Shown here piece after piece: positions 59,501-64,000 of a stretch of 64,000 nucleotides of DNA. The translations under genes were made by a program, and so were the position numbers. The stretch is from Amphiscolops sp. MND2022 (lineage: Eukaryota), in contig OZ076419.1 of NCBI GenBank assembly GCA_964187785.1, forward strand, positions 9,362,001-9,426,000, in the 5' to 3' direction. The first letter of the stretch is position 1. Each line of letters starts with the position of its first letter. Below the pieces are notes generated by a model. The model was not told the origin of the DNA, ran no database searches, and was given only the letters and a program-made list of their open reading frames with translations.

Positions 59501-61597
59501 TTTGATGACTTTGTCGAGGTATTCACTCATGAAGCTCGAAAACGCGGACAGAGCCCGGCTAAGGCCTTGTGCCAAACGTCTGTTAGCAAATGTGCGACTG
59601 GCGAAGTTAAAGGCCAACATTTCAATCGATCGTTGGTCAGCCATCGGTAGGCAATAGTATGCCTGTGAGCAGTCTAATTTACAGAACAGTTTTTTGCCCG
59701 CTAAATGTTGGGCGGCGTCGACTAAAGTACTGACGGGGTGATTATTGTTTATGTAATCATCGGATATGAGGTTGTTGATTTTTCTCAAGTCAACCAAGAG
59801 TCTGAGTTTTCCGTTCAGTTTCTTTTGTGCGATTATTGGACTCGCATATTTCGAGAACGGTAGGGTGGTGATGATGCCATATTTGTGTAACATGGCCAGT
59901 TCGACTAAGATGTCCTCCTTCAGGTTGATAGGGGCTGGGAGGCTCTGACTATAGGCTGGGGAATTGTCCTTGGGTGTCAATTTCACCTTGAATTCTTCGT
60001 TCATGCCTATGTCAAATCTGTGTCGTGCAAATATATCATGGAATTCCACTTGTAAATCCTCAATTTTCTCCATTTCTTCAGAAGTAAGGGTGGAATCTTT
60101 CCAATCAAAGTTTTCTGGGAAATTTGCACGAGATTCTTCATCTTTGGTGGGATCGAGTGTCTCCAAGTCCTGTAAGGCCTGTAGTTTGCGTAGAATTCTT
60201 TTCTGGATGGGTGTGTGTTTCTCAGGGTTTCCAGGGTTTTCTGGGGTTGGGAACCAGTAATTTACGGAATTTTGAGGATTTCTGTTCGTCTTGATGAGGC
60301 TGCTGACATAATGGGCTGCCTGCTCTTGGTCATTTTGCGAAAAGTGCCAGGTTAAACCGGGTCTACCGGTTTGCCATATTTCATCTGTTCTGGCGTCATG
60401 ACTGAGAAATTGGCAATATGAAGTCCCTTTTCAAGTATATAAGGGTGTTCTGTGAATTTATTCATAGGTATCGATATACTGCCATCATTTAGAGTGACCA
60501 AGGCTGGACAAAATGTGATGTCGCTTTCTTCATGTAGGAGGTCGCTCGGTTGCAAAATCCCAGTAACCGCATTCTCAGGATAGAGTAAGGAATTGGTCCC
60601 AATTAGGACTCTATCGTTTGGCGGAATTGTTATCTCAGTGGGGTTGAGAATTGGTTCTAGTACGTTAGAATATTTGTGGTCAGCTGTTTAAAGCTGCATT
60701 GAAAAGAACGGGGAATTCAGGATTCCTCGTCTCATGTCCAAGACTGTATGATTTCTCTGAAGGAACATTAGTCCAATGATCGGTCCTGTCAAATGTTCCA
60801 TTACTATGAAGATTTCATGGAACTCAATGTCACCAACTTCGCATTTGAGCTCTATGGTACTCTTGGGAGTTTCCAGTTGCCCATTAGCGACCATGATTTG
60901 GAAGTTCGGAGGCGGACCCTCTCGGATAACATATTGTGGAGATAGAAGACGGATTTTCCGGAGGTCCATTTCAGGAATTGCACTGAAGAGGGCCCCAGTG
61001 TCTATGAGTCCAAAAATGGTCAGTTCCCCAATGTCCATTGGGAAATAAAGCATGCGTTTATCGCATTTGAGGTTTTTGTTGGTTGACAGGGGTATACAGT
61101 CTGGTTCACCGTCTTTGGTTATGAGTTCATTCTGGAATTGTTTCTCGTCTAACAGTGATTGTGGTATGGATTCGGTAGTGTTTTCAGGATTCTCGGTTCC
61201 CATGGGGTTTGAGAACACTGGGTGGTGTTGAATTGCCATCATCCTTGAATTGCAAGAGGTCCTGGTTATAAATGTCGGTGTCCCAATAAGGATCTCTGCC
61301 ATAGCCTGGGTCGATGTATGTTGGATTGTAATCATCGATCAGGGGAATGGGCCTGAACCGGGTTGTGAAGGTAGTTGTATAATCAGGATCCCAAAGAGGA
61401 ATTCGTTTCTGGAACAAATAGGTGTTATTGTAGGTAATGATGGTAGCTTTTTCCATCTGTTGCTGCCAGATAACAGAGGGATAGCCCATCAATTGCTGAT
61501 TGTATTGATGGAAGGTTTGCGTTGGAGTGTCCGATCTGATGTATTGTCGGACAGATATTAGTTCGTTGTATTGGATTCGTAGCGAAGTTAGTTTTTT
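56573..61597 (-). pseudogene. pol: pol of element B, multiply frameshifted
   Basis: Fragments with LIDTGA, QYVDD, LMTDAS, EGCEEC, QIDLLP..TDKGTAF, RWVGPFIV and the terminal YNLRPNPNPNYSEDFRY. Confidence 0.93.
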
Positions 61598-63300
61598 GAC
61601 TCATCGTTGGAAGATGAGGATTGGGAGCTTGATGATGTCTGCTTGTTCTGAGGTTTCTGAGCCTTTGGGTTGGGCTTATTGTCAGTTGAGTCCTCAGGCC
61701 TAGTGCGTTTGGGTTTAAGATGCGCACCTGCACCTTGCCAACATCTTTCTTCCGGCTGGTTCTTTTTGCCACAAGTGCCTCACCCCGGATATGTTTTCTG
61801 CTGAGTCGATTTGCCTTGTTGGGCATCTTTCTCTTTTTTCTTTTTCAATTTCTCACAGTCCCTGACCATGTGGCCTTTTTCCTTGCAGTAATTGCAAGTG
61901 ATGTCCGACATTTGCCCAGTGGTGAGAAGGGTTTTGGGCTTGGCGGATGAGGAAGTCATTGTTGCCATTGGTAGGTCGTCTGACTCCTCAAGGGCGTTAA
62001 GCTCCAGTTCTCTCTCCAAATGAGCGACTATCTCATCGTATGAGCTATTTTCCAATCTGGCCATATTGGCGGATCGTTTCAATTTTGGTGGCAGTTTTGC
62101 GTAACGCAAGCTGTCAATCATTTTCTGTGCATGGTCGCCAAACGCCTTTTCTGCCCCTTGATTTAATTCTTCAAGGAAATCAGGCAGTTTCATTGTATTG
62201 GGATCAAAGACAAGACGGTGCCATTTATGTTTGGCGGTTGTCTGTGATTCAGGTTTGACGTATTTTCGTCGGAAAATGACTAGTACGTCTTCGAGGGTTT
62301 GGCGATTTGTCGAAATGATGTTTTTGAACGTTTGGAGAGCATTTTTCCTCAATAGTGTATTAAAATGGTTAATTTTCTTTTGCTCAGTCATTTTTGGCTG
62401 CATCTTGATCATAGTGTGGAAGAGATCTTCGAACAGCTCAAATTTCTCACTTTTGCAATCGAAAGTCATGGTATTGGAGTTGACAGGGCGTATTGTGAGT
62501 TGTTGAGCTGTAGGTCCATTCTGCATCGTAGTCAAGACGTCGGCCAATCTGGTAATGGGGTCAGGATCTGCAGCTGTAGCGATTCTCTCATGCGCTGGGA
62601 TCGTCGTGTCAAGGTTGATGTCCTCATAGTACTGATTGAGATGAGTTCTTGATGGGATACGTCCTGTGAGAAACTCAGGAACCTGATTGGGAGATTCGTT
62701 GTCTCCTGTCACCATGTCATGAACATTTAGATCAGGGTAATCATTGTTTAACTCATTCTCATCCTGTTCATTTCTCAAGTTGTTCTTTGCGTTTAGGTTT
62801 CGCTGAACTTCGGAACTTAGTTCCGGTCTCTCAGACGGAACGTCCCATCCTTTTCTGGTCCCGTGTCCCGATCCGGCCATAATAACATTTTGGATCTGAG
62901 GAAGCACCTGAGTGCATATTGCATCACTTATGGCCCTTTGTATCTGGTCACTTAGCGAATTCATCATCTCGTCCATTCCTCGTGAAATGCGGGAATTTAA
63001 TTCGCTTGACAACATATTTATCTCAGCACTAGAATTACCAGTAACTGAATTGCAATCACATTCGGTATTTGTCCTAGAGTTAACATTTCTCTGGTTTCCA
63101 CCTATGTTCCCATCCTCATTTTCGGATTCATTGCTTGCAAAGCTTCTAGGTCTCCTGAGCAAATTACTATTCAAACTGCCTTCTCTTTCTCTAGTGTTAA
63201 AATGGTTCTCACCTAGCATGATATCTAAATTCTCGATGTCAGATAACATTTCCAGTCCTCTTTACTTCCTTGCCTTCTTCTGTTTTCTAGTGGTTGGCAT
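61588..63300 (-). pseudogene. gag: gag of element B with one premature stop (TGT>TGA at the second zinc knuckle, ~61780)
   Basis: ATG at 63300 (MPTTRKQKKARK) in frame with ORF 61780-63249. The frame continues past the TGA to ESKN-TAA at 61588. Confidence 0.9.
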
Positions 63301-64000
63301 TGAAACAGTTCCGAATTAAATAATAAATTAAACAACTCGGAAAACAACAGCGGAGCCGTTTGTTAATCAAACTTTACTAGTAGCGTCTCAAATGAATTGT
63401 GTCCCCCTCAGGCCCAGTATCAGTATATATACCCATGAGGGGGTGACATTCACATACTTCACATACTTCTAGTCAAGATTTATATCATATGAATTTGGTA
63501 CTCATGACACATTCCCATATTCTACATACATTGGGAATAATACAAGTAATATGTTGAAAGGTATTTAACATATACCGCAACTTCAAACAACACATCTAAT
63601 GAATTAGTATCATTCAAGTATCAACAAATATTAATATCCAAATATGGAATTTTGACATACCCAACTTCAGAGAGTATGCCGGCCTGCGCCGCCACACAAG
63701 CGAAATTGAGTTTGTTAGCGGATAAAAATACATGTAGTGTATAAAGATCACATCAACACTTGTCCTATTCGTCACAATGGCTTTAAATGTAGCATCTTCA
63801 AAATAGAACCAGATTTGACCAAATCCAAATCATTATGTTAAACTGCCAAGCAGCGCAAAAGTGGTTATTTAGCGCTGGGAACATAGCTATAATAGTATCA
63901 ATCAATTGCTAGCGTAATTAGTACATCATCATCATCTTTACTTGAAATGGCCGAAACCGTCCATTTGACCAAAGCACAGATTAAAACAATCATCTTTAAG
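62715..64000 (-). repeat. 5' LTR of element B (partial)
   Basis: Matches 48712-49998; followed on the minus strand by PBS TGGTGACAGGAG. Confidence 0.93.

Larger units (their letters stand above)
48712..64000 (-). mobile_element. Second copy (element B) of the large Gypsy family, minus strand, 5' LTR truncated by the window end
   Basis: 3' LTR 48712-50436; 5' LTR from 62715 (offset 14003, ~440 bp missing); same PBS, gag/pol, antisense gene and ORF3 as A. Many stops and frameshifts in pol. Confidence 0.95.

Overview
AT-rich metazoan genomic DNA made almost entirely of repeats (the organism cannot be assigned from the sequence alone). The dominant content is two tail-to-tail copies of a very large (~15.7 kb) Ty3/Gypsy LTR retrotransposon family. 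Element A (+, 30049-45716) is complete, with a CTGAT TSD and ~99% identical 1.76-kb LTRs. Element B (-, 48712 to beyond 64000) is more decayed. A diverged solo LTR of the same family lies at 12848-14517. Besides gag and pol (joined by a conserved A_AAA_AAC -1 frameshift site), both elements carry four unusual features: (i) a large antisense gene with conserved GT-AG introns, encoding an NLS, a BED-like zinc finger and what looks like an inactivated hAT-transposase body; (ii) an intact sense ORF3 that reads into U3; (iii) ~197 Gag codons inside the LTR; (iv) no polypurine tract next to the 3' LTR. The rest of the window holds a decayed Mag-like Gypsy element (6471-11267), another Gypsy remnant, Helentron-type non-autonomous elements, MITEs, a ~350-bp satellite array, a hierarchical 30/180/360-bp minisatellite, a probable CACTA/EnSpm-type remnant with BEN-like and SGNH-like ORFs, and one likely host exon encoding a Kunitz domain. 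All domain calls are motif recognition by eye, not database searches.
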